Positions 20,818-31,112 of a stretch of DNA of 64,000 nucleotides are shown here, one piece after another. The translations under genes were made by a program, and so were the position numbers. The stretch comes from an uncultured Chromatiales bacterium (GTDB lineage Bacteria; Pseudomonadota; Gammaproteobacteria; SZUA-140): positions 119,962 through 183,961 of the forward strand of contig CAZOOF010000001.1 of the NCBI GenBank assembly GCA_964581365.1, written 5' to 3'. How positions within the stretch are numbered: position 1 is the first letter of the stretch; the number at the start of each line of letters is the position of its first letter. Under the pieces are notes generated by a model, which was not told the DNA's origin, made no database searches, and saw only the letters and a list, made by a program, of their open reading frames with translations.

Positions 20818-23050
20818 GCAGGCAACGGCGCGCGTCGACATCGATGTCGGCGGCATGACCTGTGCCGCCTGCGTGCGCCGCGTCGAACGCGCGCTCACCC
20901 GGCAACCCGGGGTCGTCTCCGCAAGCGTCAATCTGGCCACCAACCGGGCCAGCATCACCTATACCCCCGGCGAAATCAGCGAAACGGAAATGCGCAGCGC
21001 CATCACGGAGGCAGGCTACGAGCCCATCGCCCGGACCGAAGCGGAACCCGCGACCGACCGCTCGACCGTGCAGAGCCTGCGGCGAGATCTGGGTCTTGCG
21101 GTCGCGCTGACCGCCCCGCTGGTGGTGCTGGCGATGGCTCCGATGGCCGTTCCCGCCTTGATGGATGCCATGCACCAGGCAGCGCCCCCCATATTCTGGC
21201 GCATGGCGGAGTTCATCCTTGCCACACCGGTGCTGTTCATTGCCGGACGCCGTTTTCTGGTACATGGATGGTCCGAGCTGCGTCACCTGAATGCAGGCAT
21301 GAACGCGCTGGTGATGATCGGCGCATCCGCCGCCTGGCTGTATTCGACGCTGGTCTTGGCCTTGCCAGGCATCTTCCCGGAGGGAACCCGCAACCTCTAC
21401 TTTGAAGCGGCAGCGGTGATCGTGACGCTCATCCTGCTCGGCCGTCATCTCGAAGCCCGCGCCCGCGGCCGCGCATCCGCCGCCATTCAGCGTCTGCTCG
21501 GCCTGCAGAGCCGCACCGCCCGGGTGATCCGCGACGGACGGGAGCAGGACATCGCCATCGATGAGGTCCGGATCGGCGATGAGCTCATCGTGCGGCCCGG
21601 AGAGCGGATTCCGGTCGACGGAGAGGTCATCCGCGGCACCAGCTACGTCGATGAATCGATGATTACCGGAGAACCGCTGCCGGTAGCCAAGCGCGAGGGC
21701 GCGGAAGTCATCGGCGGCACGGTGAACGATACTGGCGTCCTGCATTGCCGGGCCACGCGTGTCGGCGCCGGCACCACCCTGGCACAGATCATCCGGATGG
21801 TAGAGGAAGCGCAGGCGGCCAAGCCGGCGATCCAGCAGATCGCCGACCGGATCGCTGGCATCTTCGTTCCGACGGTGCTCGCTCTTGCCCTGCTCACCTT
21901 CGCCGTATGGATGGCGCGGGGTCCGGATCCCGCCCTGAACTATGCCTTCATCGCGACCGTCAGCGTGCTTCTGATCGCCTGTCCCTGCGCCATGGGACTG
22001 GCCACCCCTACCGCCATCATGGTGGCCAGCGGCCGGGCTGCCGAGCTCGGCGTGCTGTTCCGCCGCGGCACGGCGCTGGAAACGCTGGCGCGCTGCGATA
22101 CCATCGTGTTCGATAAAACAGGCACGCTGACCGAAGGCCGGCCGGAGCTGGTGGGCCTGCGCACCCGCCGCCGAGACGAGCAGACCTTCCTCGCGATGGT
22201 CGCTGGAGCCGAGGCACACAGCGAACATCCGATCGCGCGGGCGGTGATGCGAGCGGCGACTGACCGGGGCATCGCAATTGGCAGCGCGGAGGACTTTCGC
22301 GCAGTGCCCGGCATGGGGCTCAGCGCGCTCGTCGACGGCCACGAGGTACTGATCGGCTCGTCACGCTACCTGAATGAAGCCGGCGTCTCCCTGCCGGTGG
22401 AAGCGCTGGAGCAGGCCGAACAATGGGGCGCCAACGGAGCGAGCACCCTTTACGTCGCTATCGATGTCGAATATGAAGGCCTGTTTTCGGTAGCTGACCA
22501 GATCAAGCCCGGCAGCGCCGAGACCGTCGCGCGACTGAAGGAGCTCGGCATGCAGGTCGGCATGCTGAGCGGTGACAACCGTCGCACGGCAGCGGCAGTA
22601 GCTGCTGCGATCGGTATCGACATGGTAATGGCAGAGGTCCTACCGCAGCAGAAAGCGGATGAGATCAGCCGGCTGCGCGCAGCGGGAAAACGGGTTGCTT
22701 TCGTCGGCGATGGCATCAATGACGCACCGGCGCTCGCCATCGCTGACACCGGCATTGCCATGGGAACAGGCACCGATATCGCCATTGAATCCGGCGATGT
22801 CATCCTGATGCGCGGCGATCCGATGGCCCTGCTTGCGGCCTTCACCCTCGCCCGAAAAACGCTCAGCACCATTCGGACCAACTTCTTCTGGGCCTACGCC
22901 TACAACGTGGCGCTGATTCCAGTGGCTGCCGGAGCGCTGTTCCCGCTGACCGGCCTGTTGCTCAATCCGATGCTGGCGGCCGGCGCGATGAGCATATCCA
23001 GCCTGTTCGTGGTAGGAAACAGCCTGCGGCTGAGGCGCGCCGGCACCTGA
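20786..23050 (+). CDS. copA: Cu(I)-translocating P1B-type ATPase
   Basis: [32 protein letters not shown] and MSISS. Start uncertain. Confidence 0.93.
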   Translation: MSSWKSSNTAEQATARVDIDVGGMTCAACVRRVERALTRQPGVVSASVNLATNRASITYTPGEISETEMRSAITEAGYEPIARTEAEPATDRSTVQSLRRDLGLAVALTAPLVVLAMAPMAVPALMDAMHQAAPPIFWRMAEFILATPVLFIAGRRFLVHGWSELRHLNAGMNALVMIGASAAWLYSTLVLALPGIFPEGTRNLYFEAAAVIVTLILLGRHLEARARGRASAAIQRLLGLQSRTARVIRDGREQDIAIDEVRIGDELIVRPGERIPVDGEVIRGTSYVDESMITGEPLPVAKREGAEVIGGTVNDTGVLHCRATRVGAGTTLAQIIRMVEEAQAAKPAIQQIADRIAGIFVPTVLALALLTFAVWMARGPDPALNYAFIATVSVLLIACPCAMGLATPTAIMVASGRAAELGVLFRRGTALETLARCDTIVFDKTGTLTEGRPELVGLRTRRRDEQTFLAMVAGAEAHSEHPIARAVMRAATDRGIAIGSAEDFRAVPGMGLSALVDGHEVLIGSSRYLNEAGVSLPVEALEQAEQWGANGASTLYVAIDVEYEGLFSVADQIKPGSAETVARLKELGMQVGMLSGDNRRTAAAVAAAIGIDMVMAEVLPQQKADEISRLRAAGKRVAFVGDGINDAPALAIADTGIAMGTGTDIAIESGDVILMRGDPMALLAAFTLARKTLSTIRTNFFWAYAYNVALIPVAAGALFPLTGLLLNPMLAAGAMSISSLFVVGNSLRLRRAGT

Positions 23051-23074
23051 TCACCGCTCCGTTCGCCTCCCGGT

Positions 23075-24031
23075 CTAGTCGCGCTTCGGTTTCTCGCGCT
23101 GCACGCGGACTTCCTTGAAATGCTGGTCGTCCACTTCTTCGTGCAGATGATCGTGATCGACGTCGTGCGAATGGATGTGGAAATGATGGCCGTTTTCCGG
23201 TCCATGGGCATGGCGATGCGCATGCAGAAAATTGCGGATGATGACGCGCTCGCCTTCCTCCATGTCCTGGGCTGACAGGATGTCATGCAGCAGTTCATGG
23301 GTCATCAGGGCGAGGGGCAGCTCGAGCTTGTTGGCCTCGAGCAGCTCGCGATCGTAAAGAATGTCGCCGGCGGCGCCATCGGCTTCGATGCGACCATCGA
23401 CCAGCAGCAGGCAGCGATCGCAGACCTCGAGCGCGATGTCCAGATCGTGGGTGCACAGCAGGATGGTGCGATCGGTATCGCGGAGCCAGTTGATGAGATT
23501 GCGCCGGTTGAGCGGATCCATATTGGTCGATGGCTCGTCGAACACCAGGATCTCCGGCTGGTAGGACAGGACCGTCGCCAGGGCCAGCCGCTTGCGCTCG
23601 CCGAACGAAAGGTGGAAAGAAGAACGTTCCTCGAAGCCCTGCAGGCCGACCACCTCCAGCGCCTCGCGCACCCGGGATTCGATCTGCTCGCGCGGCAGGC
23701 CGAGATTCAGCGGGCCGAAGGCCACGTCGTCGAACACGGTGGGGCAGAACAGCTGGTCATCGGGGTCCTGGAACACGATTCCGACCTTGCGGCGAACCTG
23801 CTTCAGGGTCTCCTTGCGAACCTCTACGCCGTCGATAACCACGCGCCCGGAAACCGGCAGCTGCACCCCGTTCAAGTGGCTCATGAACGTGGACTTGCCC
23901 GCCCCATTGGGCCCGATGAGAGCCACTTTCTCGCCTTCGTGAATGCGGCAACTCAGCCCCTTCAGCACCTGATGACCGTCAGGATAGTTGAAGTGGACAT
24001 TGTCGACTTCGATGATTACTCGCCGGGACAT
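23075..24031 (-). CDS. ECF transporter ATPase (NikO/CbiO) with His-rich C-terminal extension
   Basis: GPNGAGKST, VFQDPDDQLF, LSFGE, FDEP, THD; tail HAHRHAH...HHFHIHSHDVDHDHLH. Confidence 0.9.
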   Translation of the reverse strand: MSRRVIIEVDNVHFNYPDGHQVLKGLSCRIHEGEKVALIGPNGAGKSTFMSHLNGVQLPVSGRVVIDGVEVRKETLKQVRRKVGIVFQDPDDQLFCPTVFDDVAFGPLNLGLPREQIESRVREALEVVGLQGFEERSSFHLSFGERKRLALATVLSYQPEILVFDEPSTNMDPLNRRNLINWLRDTDRTILLCTHDLDIALEVCDRCLLLVDGRIEADGAAGDILYDRELLEANKLELPLALMTHELLHDILSAQDMEEGERVIIRNFLHAHRHAHGPENGHHFHIHSHDVDHDHLHEEVDDQHFKEVRVQREKPKRD

Positions 24032-24083
24032 TGCGTTCTCCCGCTTACGGCAGTTTGTCGGAGCATGCTCATGTCGCGATCAG

Positions 24084-24872
24084 TCAGAACCAGCCTCGCT
24101 CGGCGACCGCGAACGGTCCGGCGGCATCGGTGAGCAGCAGCCCCAGCGCGACCGTCAGCGCGATCGCTGCCTTCACGTAATCGCCGGGGATGGCGCGGAA
24201 AGTCACCATCGAATGCAGCTGACCCTGATATCCCTTGGACAGCATTGCCTTGTATACCCGCTCGGTGCGCTCGAAGCTGTGGACGAGCAGGGTTCCCACA
24301 AAATGTCCGAACACGCGCAGCGTCTTGCGATCGGCCTGGGCAACGAAGCCGCGCGATCGCATCGAGGTATACATCCGCCGCATCTCGTCGAGAAATACGA
24401 AGGTATAGCGGTAGGTAAACAGCAGCATCTGCACGACCAGAGGCGGGCATTTGAGGTGCTGCAAGGCCAGCATCGACACATCGAAGCGGCTGGAACCGAA
24501 AATGGCGAAGCTGATCAGCACCACGGACAGCGCCTTGATGAAAATCAGCGAGGCGATGCGGAGTCCCTCCCAGGCAAAGGGCAGGCCGATGATCGTGAAC
24601 GCCGCCTCGCCCGGATAGGTAACTGGCATGACGACGAAAAACGGCAGCAGAAATACCACGATGAATGCCAGCCCATGCGAGACGAAATGCATCGGCAATG
24701 CCGCCGAAAACAGGATGATGGCGGCAATACCCAGAGCGAACAGCGCCACTGGCAGCGTCTTAAGCAGCGCAACGCATACGATGAGGAACAGGAGCGTCGC
24801 GATCTTGAACCGGGGATCCCAGCGCTGCAGCGGGGAAGCGACATGGGCAAAACGATCGATGTCGAGTGCCAT
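24084..24872 (-). CDS. ECF transporter T component (NikQ/CbiQ)
   Basis: DPRFK, FTYRY, SRGF, ERTERVYKAMLSKGY. Confidence 0.9.
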   Translation of the reverse strand: MALDIDRFAHVASPLQRWDPRFKIATLLFLIVCVALLKTLPVALFALGIAAIILFSAALPMHFVSHGLAFIVVFLLPFFVVMPVTYPGEAAFTIIGLPFAWEGLRIASLIFIKALSVVLISFAIFGSSRFDVSMLALQHLKCPPLVVQMLLFTYRYTFVFLDEMRRMYTSMRSRGFVAQADRKTLRVFGHFVGTLLVHSFERTERVYKAMLSKGYQGQLHSMVTFRAIPGDYVKAAIALTVALGLLLTDAAGPFAVAERGWF

Positions 24873-24887
24873 TTCGATCTCTGGCCG

Positions 24888-25505
24888 TCAGACCGACGGC
24901 GCATTGCGCCCAGCAAGCATTTCCGGTTTGACGCGACCGAGGAACTCCGCGGCGGCGCCAACCACGGCCCCTTCGATCAACATGATTGGAAAGTGAGCCA
25001 GCAGCACGGCAACCGCCACTCCGGCAAATGCCTCGCCGGTGGTAAGCAGCGCCAATGCCAGCACCAAACCGGAACTGATGGTGGCCGTGGCCCCGGCTAT
25101 GGCACCAAAGACGAAGTTGCGCCGGGCAAACGTGAACCGATGGCGCAGCTGCCATACCATGTACGCCACCAGCGCGCCGCCCCCCAGCATTACCGAGTTG
25201 ACGCCGATCACCGTCACCCCGCCATGGCCGAATATGATGGCCTGCAGGATGATACCGAGCATGATTGCGGGGAACGCTCGCCACCCCAGCACCACAGCCA
25301 CCAGGCCATTGAGGATGAGATGAACGCTGGTGGGACCGATCGGCACCTTGATCAGCGAAGCGACGAAGAAGACCGAAGTGATCACCGAAATCTTCGGGAT
25401 CTCCTCCATGTCCAGCTTGCGCATGGTCGCGGCGGCAATCAGTGCGGTACCGGCAAAACCGGCAGCGAGCACGGGTCCCTGAAGAATGCCCTCGGAAATA
25501 TGCAT
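24888..25505 (-). CDS. ECF Ni/Co S component (NikM/CbiM)
   Basis: Metal-binding N-terminus MHISEG; TSVH, LQAIIFGHGG. Confidence 0.92.
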   Translation of the reverse strand: MHISEGILQGPVLAAGFAGTALIAAATMRKLDMEEIPKISVITSVFFVASLIKVPIGPTSVHLILNGLVAVVLGWRAFPAIMLGIILQAIIFGHGGVTVIGVNSVMLGGGALVAYMVWQLRHRFTFARRNFVFGAIAGATATISSGLVLALALLTTGEAFAGVAVAVLLAHFPIMLIEGAVVGAAAEFLGRVKPEMLAGRNAPSV

Positions 25506-25554
25506 GGTGCGAAGTAACCCGTTGCCCTGGTTAGAGCTTATCGGTCGGTGTCGC

Positions 25555-26163
25555 TCAGCCTGAAGTACCCGGCCCAGCTCCGGCGGGGTTGCTGCTTTCC
25601 TTGCGAGCTTTCAGGTAGAAAAAGATACCGAGCAGTCCGACGATGAAGCCGATCCCCCCGACGATGTCGCTGAAGCTCTTCTGCTCCTTCAGCTCCGAAA
25701 TGCCGCGCATGACCGGTGTCAGAGACTCGCCCACGGCCTGCTGAACGATCGCCCGGAGCTCCGCCTGATTCACCGCAGCGCTGGCGGCAGCCGGCGAAGA
25801 CGCGGCTGCTTCCCCCGCACCACTGTCCGAAGCCGTTCCGGCACTCTGCAGATCCGCAGCGGGGATCGTATATTCGGTCCGATGCCCCATTCCCGCGTAC
25901 AGTGAAATCCGGAGATCGGTGATCTGCGGGACATCGAAGGTGAAGATCCCTTCGGCGTCCGCCTTGCCCTGGACCAGTTTGGTGCCATCGGGCGCGAATA
26001 CCTGGATGGTGGCCTCCTTGGCCTTCTTGCCGTCGGCGAAATACCCTTCGACCACGACCCGGTTGCCCTCGACATTGGCGAACATGTTCACCTTGTGGGC
26101 GTGGACGACACTGACAGCACACAGCAACGCAAGGAAGAATGCAACGGATGTCGGGGTGCGCAT
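25555..26163 (-). CDS. NikL/CbiL-like accessory component
   Basis: Start moved to ATG 26163; signal peptide cleaved to mature HKVNMFA; G.GH motif; C-terminal TM anchor. Confidence 0.75.
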   Translation of the reverse strand: MRTPTSVAFFLALLCAVSVVHAHKVNMFANVEGNRVVVEGYFADGKKAKEATIQVFAPDGTKLVQGKADAEGIFTFDVPQITDLRISLYAGMGHRTEYTIPAADLQSAGTASDSGAGEAAASSPAAASAAVNQAELRAIVQQAVGESLTPVMRGISELKEQKSFSDIVGGIGFIVGLLGIFFYLKARKESSNPAGAGPGTSG

Positions 26164-26202
26164 GATGAAGGACCGGAAGCTGGAAGAATCCCCGCGGATC
26201 GG

Positions 26203-26229
26203 GTCATCAATATTCGGTTTGTATATTAC
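26203..26229. promoter_or_regulatory. Candidate NikR operator
   Basis: Minus strand GTAATA-N15-GATGAC, an imperfect long-spacer palindrome 40 bp upstream of the nikL-like start. Confidence 0.45.
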
Positions 26230-26340
26230 CACATATCCGCTGACCGACACCACAATCGGCAGCGGAGGGTTGGCATACCCGCGCTCAATTCTTTCTTGCT
26301 CCTGGGCGCAGGCATTTCCTGGTATCGGCAACACCGGACG

Positions 26341-26372
26341 AAAAAAAAGCGCCCATAAAGGGCGCTTTTTCG
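26341..26372 (-). terminator. Intrinsic terminator after moaE (bidirectional form)
   Basis: AAAAAGCGCCC-ATAAA-GGGCGCTTTTT, with a U8 tract on the minus strand. Confidence 0.85.
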
Positions 26373-26395
26373 TACTGACCGGCAAACCCGGATCG

Positions 26396-26869
26396 TCATG
26401 CGGTTTTCAGCGCAACCCGCTTGGCCACACCCGGATCCTCCGAGTTCTTCTCGACCCAGTGCTTCTTGCCCTCACGGGTAAGTTCGCACTTCCAGAACGG
26501 CGCGCTTTCCTTGAGGTAGTTGATGATGTAGCGGCATGCATCGAAGGAATCCTTGCGATGCGCCGACCATACCGCGACCAGCACGATCGGGTCAGTGGGG
26601 ACCATCTCGCCGACACGATGCACCACCAGGCAATCCATGACATCCCAGTTGTCCATCGCTTCCTGGCAGACGCGCTCGATGTGCCGCTCGGTCATGCCGG
26701 GATAGTAGTCCAGGTTCATCGCCTTGACGTTCTGGCCATCATTGAAGTCGCGCATGGTGCCGACGAAGCTGACCACACCACCGTGCTTGCCCGGAGGCAG
26801 CGCCTCGCGCTCGTACTTCACGACTTCCTGATACGGATCCAGCACATCCTTCGTAATGAAGACTTTCAT
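26396..26869 (-). CDS. moaE: Molybdopterin synthase catalytic subunit
   Basis: FVGTMRD, YPGM, HRVG, SAHR, LKESAPFWK. Confidence 0.94.
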   Translation of the reverse strand: MKVFITKDVLDPYQEVVKYEREALPPGKHGGVVSFVGTMRDFNDGQNVKAMNLDYYPGMTERHIERVCQEAMDNWDVMDCLVVHRVGEMVPTDPIVLVAVWSAHRKDSFDACRYIINYLKESAPFWKCELTREGKKHWVEKNSEDPGVAKRVALKTA

Positions 26870-26870
26870 C

Positions 26871-27104
26871 TCAACCTCCCGTCACCGGCGGGAAGAACGC
26901 CACCTCGTCGCCGGGCTTCAGTTCATGACTGGAATCGGTGTACTCCATGTTCACCGCGACCAGGATGGTGTCGGGAATAGGATCCTTGGAGATCTCCCGC
27001 CACAGGTCGGCGACCGTCAGCCGTTCCTTGTCGACGCTCACCTGCTGTTCGGAGCGTCCCATGCGATCCCTCAGACTCGCGAAAAAGCGTACCTTGATAT
27101 CCAT
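26871..27104 (-). CDS. moaD: Molybdopterin synthase sulfur carrier subunit
   Basis: FFASLRD, VAVN, DEVAFFPPVTGG C-terminus. Confidence 0.94.
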   Translation of the reverse strand: MDIKVRFFASLRDRMGRSEQQVSVDKERLTVADLWREISKDPIPDTILVAVNMEYTDSSHELKPGDEVAFFPPVTGG

Positions 27105-27140
27105 AGCCAAACCCCTGCTCGATGTCCCGATGAGTGCGCG

Positions 27141-27632
27141 TCAGGCCGTTGCCGATCTGCGCCAGTGTCCCGACTTGCCGCCCGATTTCTCCAGCAAGCC
27201 GACCTCGGAGATGACCATGCCGCGGTCCACCGCCTTGCACATGTCGTAAATGGTGAGCAGCGCGACCTGCACCGCCGTCAGTGTTTCCATCTCCACGCCG
27301 GTCTGGCCGTTGCAGCGAACCGTCGCCTTGCAATAGACCGCATTCTTTTCCGGCTCCGGCACCAGCTCGATATCGACCGAGGTGATCATGATCGGATGGC
27401 ACAGCGGCACGAGGTCGGGGGTCTTCTTGGCGCCCATGATGCCCGCCACACGGGCGATGCCAAGCACATCTCCCTTCTTGTGCGAACCCTCCATGATCTT
27501 CTTCAGGGTCGCAGCCTCCATATAGATTCGTCCCTCGGCGACGCCTTCACGGGTGGTCGAATCCTTGGCGCCGACGTCGACCATGTAGGCCTCGCCGCTG
27601 GCGTTGAAATGGGTCAGTTCGTTGTAGCTCAT
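27141..27632 (-). CDS. moaC: Cyclic pyranopterin monophosphate synthase
   Basis: LTHF...MVDV, KGDVL, PLCHP, TGVEME, IYDMCKA, KSGGKSG. Confidence 0.95.
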   Translation of the reverse strand: MSYNELTHFNASGEAYMVDVGAKDSTTREGVAEGRIYMEAATLKKIMEGSHKKGDVLGIARVAGIMGAKKTPDLVPLCHPIMITSVDIELVPEPEKNAVYCKATVRCNGQTGVEMETLTAVQVALLTIYDMCKAVDRGMVISEVGLLEKSGGKSGHWRRSATA

Positions 27633-27702
27633 CCGATTTGCCTCTCGTATGTCGGAACGCAGGGCCACTTCCCATGGCCCTTATTGCCTTTATCGCTTTG
27701 CC

Positions 27703-28821
27703 TCAACCGCCGATCTGCGTCATGCTCGCGCGCGCCCGGGCGATGTCCGAGACGTTGATTTTCGCGGCCACGCTGGCAGCTCTCTTGGCTTCGAAACCAT
27801 CCTTGTGCTTTTCATCGAACGCCTTGCGGAACAGGGCGACCACATCGTCGTCGGTGCAACCGCGACGCAGCAGATCGCGCAGGAGATAGGGCTGCTCCGA
27901 GTAGAGGCAGTTCATGATGCTGCCATCAGCGGTCACACGGATGCGGGAACAGTTACCGCAGAGGCTGCGCGTGAATGCAGGAATGACTCCAAACTTACCG
28001 GCGTAGCCGGGCACCTGATAGATATGGTGCTCGGTGCGGGTGCCCTGCGCCGGCTCCAGCCCCATCGGCGCGTAATGCCGCTCGATCTGACCGCAGAGGT
28101 CCGCTGCGCTGGCAAAGTGCTGGCCATTCTCCCAGATCTGGTGCGCATCGAAAGGCATGAACTCGATGAAGCGCACCGTGATCGGCTTATCCTTGGTCAG
28201 TTCGCAGAAGTCGAGCAGCTCATCCTCATTGAAGCCGCGCATCAGCACGACGTTGACCTTGACGCGAGGGAAGCCCAGATCCACGGCGAGGTCGATGCTC
28301 TCGAGCACCTTGTCCACCCCGCTGCGGCGGGTGATGGTTTCGAACTTGTCGGCCTTCAGGGTATCGAGGCTGATGTTGACGCCAAACAGGCCGGCATTAC
28401 GCAGCGCCTCGGCATATTTCGGGAACAACAGACCATTGGTGGTCATGTGCACCGCCTTGACCCCCGGTACCTTTACCGTACGCTCCACGATATCGACGAT
28501 GTCGGGCCGCACGGTCGGCTCGCCGCCGGTGTAGCGGACCTTGCGCACACCCATGCGGGCCAGAACCTCCACTACGCGCAGAATCTCGTCGCTGCGCAGC
28601 ACCATATCCTTTTCCTTGAACTGCACACCCTCTTCAGGCATGCAGTAGGTACAGCGCAGATTGCACTGCTCGATGACCGCGATACGGACGTAGTCGAAGG
28701 TGCGACCGTGGCGATCCTGAAGCGGGGGAAGCGGATGGGCGGGGAGATTCTCGTGCTGCGCTGAAACCGGCCTCTCGGCCTGGGTCCCGACGGACTGCTG
28801 ATTCAGCGGGGTATTGAGCAT
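27703..28821 (-). CDS. moaA: GTP 3',8-cyclase (radical SAM)
   Basis: CNLRCTYC, TGGEP, C-terminal CGNC...C cluster, IGG terminus; GAGGAG before ATG 28821. Confidence 0.95.
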   Translation of the reverse strand: MLNTPLNQQSVGTQAERPVSAQHENLPAHPLPPLQDRHGRTFDYVRIAVIEQCNLRCTYCMPEEGVQFKEKDMVLRSDEILRVVEVLARMGVRKVRYTGGEPTVRPDIVDIVERTVKVPGVKAVHMTTNGLLFPKYAEALRNAGLFGVNISLDTLKADKFETITRRSGVDKVLESIDLAVDLGFPRVKVNVVLMRGFNEDELLDFCELTKDKPITVRFIEFMPFDAHQIWENGQHFASAADLCGQIERHYAPMGLEPAQGTRTEHHIYQVPGYAGKFGVIPAFTRSLCGNCSRIRVTADGSIMNCLYSEQPYLLRDLLRRGCTDDDVVALFRKAFDEKHKDGFEAKRAASVAAKINVSDIARARASMTQIGG

Positions 28822-29207
28822 ATTCGTTCTCCTCAAGGGCTTTCTATACATGGAGTACTTCTGGCGGCCCTGCCTGGACTGCGTTGCGCCTGGAGATCGG
28901 CTGGCAACGGCCGGGGGGGTTCCGTCTCCCATCGGCCCGGCGCTGTCCGCGCACCGTAATCGCCATGAGAGGTTATCGCTGCCATCCATGAATACTTGAA
29001 GTCCGGACCAGGACCTCGGTATCGAACCGGCCGAGTCGTCCCTGAGTGACGCGCGATGGTATGCCGGGGCGCCCTGGAGAGCTCAAACCATCGTGGGCCT
29101 GCCTGCCCTGCGCGCAGGGAAATTCCACTAAGAAGCGCCCTGCGCGGCCGTCTCCTCGCCTGAGGATACTTGTGGCCGATACTAGCACAAGCGGCTTAAA
29201 AACTGAA
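28822..29207 (-). promoter_or_regulatory. Candidate sigma70 promoter and ~350-nt structured leader of moaA
   Basis: TTCAGT-N17-TAGTAT with extended TG (29207-29179); several stem-loops between it and the moaA start. Confidence 0.5.
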
Positions 29208-29363
29208 CCGAACACGAGGACTTGAAGCAGTCTCCTTCACATCTCTCTGCAATTGTTAATACAAGAGCGCATCCTTGCCGGAGTCCCCCAATCATCGGAC
29301 AATGCCAGCCATCGGGAGAAATGCGCTCCCAACTAATCGTGTCATCATCCAAAGGGCGCAGAA

Positions 29364-30302
29364 ATGAACAAGGTCACCGACATCCAGGCCGGAAGCTGGG
29401 CCGTCAAACCCGCGCTTCCCAGCGCACGATCCCACTGTCCTACCGCCACTTTCGGCGGTCGGGTCTATGGTCTGGGTGGCGGAGGACCCAACTTCAAGAG
29501 CCTGAACTCGGTCATCATTTACGATCCGCAGACCGATTCCTGGTCACGCGGCGCCGACATGCCGACGCTTCGATCAGGCGCCATCGCGCTTACCGTCGGC
29601 AATGCGATCTACGTCATCGGCGGTGGCTTCAAACAGGAAAACGGCACTTTCCGCTTTCTGCGCACCACGGAAATCTATTATCCGGAAGAGGACCGCTGGG
29701 AGAAAGGACCGGACATGCTCATGCCGCATGACTATCCTGCGGGCATTTATCTCGACAACTATATTTACATCATGGGCGGCCATCATCCGGACGCCACGCT
29801 ATCCGGCCCCAAGACCGACCCGGGATTCGATTTCTGCGAAAGACTGAATCTCGACACAGGCGAGTGGGAACAAATCGCGCCGCTGCCTACGCCGCGTTTC
29901 GCACTGGATGCCGTGATCATGGATGGCCGCATCGTGACGCTCGGCGGCGTTGCCTTCACTCCGGAAGGCTTCAACAACTTCGACCACACGGAAGTGTACG
30001 ATCCGCAGACCGGAACATGGACGCGCGGCGAGCTGACACTGCCCTGGACCGCCGCTGGCGCCGGAGCCTGCACTGCTGGCGGCCGTCCATATGTATTTGG
30101 CGGCTACAGCGGCGACGGCATCAGCGATCACTGTGCCGCCTATGATCCTGCCGCAGACAGATGGCACATTCTGCCGCCGATTCCCCAGCCCCTTGCCGCC
30201 ATGGGGGTTGCCGTGCTCGGAGACTGGATCTATCTCCTGGGCGGGTGGGCTGACGATGGCCGCACCCCCCAGGACTGCTGTTACGCTTATCGGTTCCGCT
30301 GA
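29364..30302 (+). CDS. Kelch-repeat beta-propeller protein (six blades, no signal peptide)
   Basis: Repeated (I/V)Y..GG...Y(D/Y)P....W units. Confidence 0.9.
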   Translation: MNKVTDIQAGSWAVKPALPSARSHCPTATFGGRVYGLGGGGPNFKSLNSVIIYDPQTDSWSRGADMPTLRSGAIALTVGNAIYVIGGGFKQENGTFRFLRTTEIYYPEEDRWEKGPDMLMPHDYPAGIYLDNYIYIMGGHHPDATLSGPKTDPGFDFCERLNLDTGEWEQIAPLPTPRFALDAVIMDGRIVTLGGVAFTPEGFNNFDHTEVYDPQTGTWTRGELTLPWTAAGAGACTAGGRPYVFGGYSGDGISDHCAAYDPAADRWHILPPIPQPLAAMGVAVLGDWIYLLGGWADDGRTPQDCCYAYRFR

Positions 30303-30329
30303 GGAACAAATTTCCGATTCCCCGGCTCC

Positions 30330-31112
30330 ATGGACCAGGAACAGCTGCAGCGCTACAGCCGTCATATCCTGCTGCCCGAGATCGACATCGAGGGGCAGGA
30401 GCGCCTGAGACAGGCCACCGTAATGCTGGTCGGCGCTGGCGGACTCGGATCGCCGGCTGCCATGTACCTGGCGGCCAGCGGCCTGGGACATCTGATCCTC
30501 TGCGACGATGACCGCGTCGACCTTGGCAATCTGCAGCGCCAGATCCTCCACGGCACCGCCGACATCGGCAGACTGAAGACCGACTCCGCGCGCGAGCACC
30601 TGCTGGCGCTGAACCCCGGAGTCCGGGTGACTGCGATCACGAAGCGGATGGAGCCCGAATCGATGCGGCGCGAAGCGGCGCGCGCCGACGTCGTCCTCGA
30701 TGCCTGCGACAATTTCGCCACTCGCTACGCACTCAGCGAAGCCTGCATCGCAACGCAGCGGCCGCTGGTGATGGGAGCGGCGATCCGCTGGCAAGGACAC
30801 GTCGCTCTGTTCGATCATCGCTCACCGGACAGCCCCTGTCTGGCCTGTCTCTATCCACCCACGGGCGAGGAAGAGGAAAACTGCGCTGCGCTGGGGGTGT
30901 TTTCCCCCCTCACCGGGGTCATCGGCAGCCTCATGGCGGCCATCACGCTCAAGCTGCTCCTGGGACTGGGCGATATGCTAGGCGGACGTCTGCAGCGCTT
31001 CGACGCCGCGGATCTGTCCTGGCGGGAATCGCGTCTGAGCAGGGATCCCGGCTGCCCCGTTTGCGCCGCCGCCCCGCCGAGGACAGCGCAATCCGGCTCG
31101 GGTATAATCTGA
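30330..31112 (+). CDS. moeB: MoeB/ThiF family adenylyltransferase
   Basis: RYSRHI, GAGGLG, NLQRQ, DN, CLAC and CPVC zinc pairs. Confidence 0.88.
   Translation: MDQEQLQRYSRHILLPEIDIEGQERLRQATVMLVGAGGLGSPAAMYLAASGLGHLILCDDDRVDLGNLQRQILHGTADIGRLKTDSAREHLLALNPGVRVTAITKRMEPESMRREAARADVVLDACDNFATRYALSEACIATQRPLVMGAAIRWQGHVALFDHRSPDSPCLACLYPPTGEEEENCAALGVFSPLTGVIGSLMAAITLKLLLGLGDMLGGRLQRFDAADLSWRESRLSRDPGCPVCAAAPPRTAQSGSGII

Noticed and set aside
23075-26163. ECF transporter as a cobalt importer for B12 synthesis
   Set aside because: No cobalamin riboswitch or cob/cbi enzyme genes seen; nearby nikR favours nickel, though specificity is unproven.
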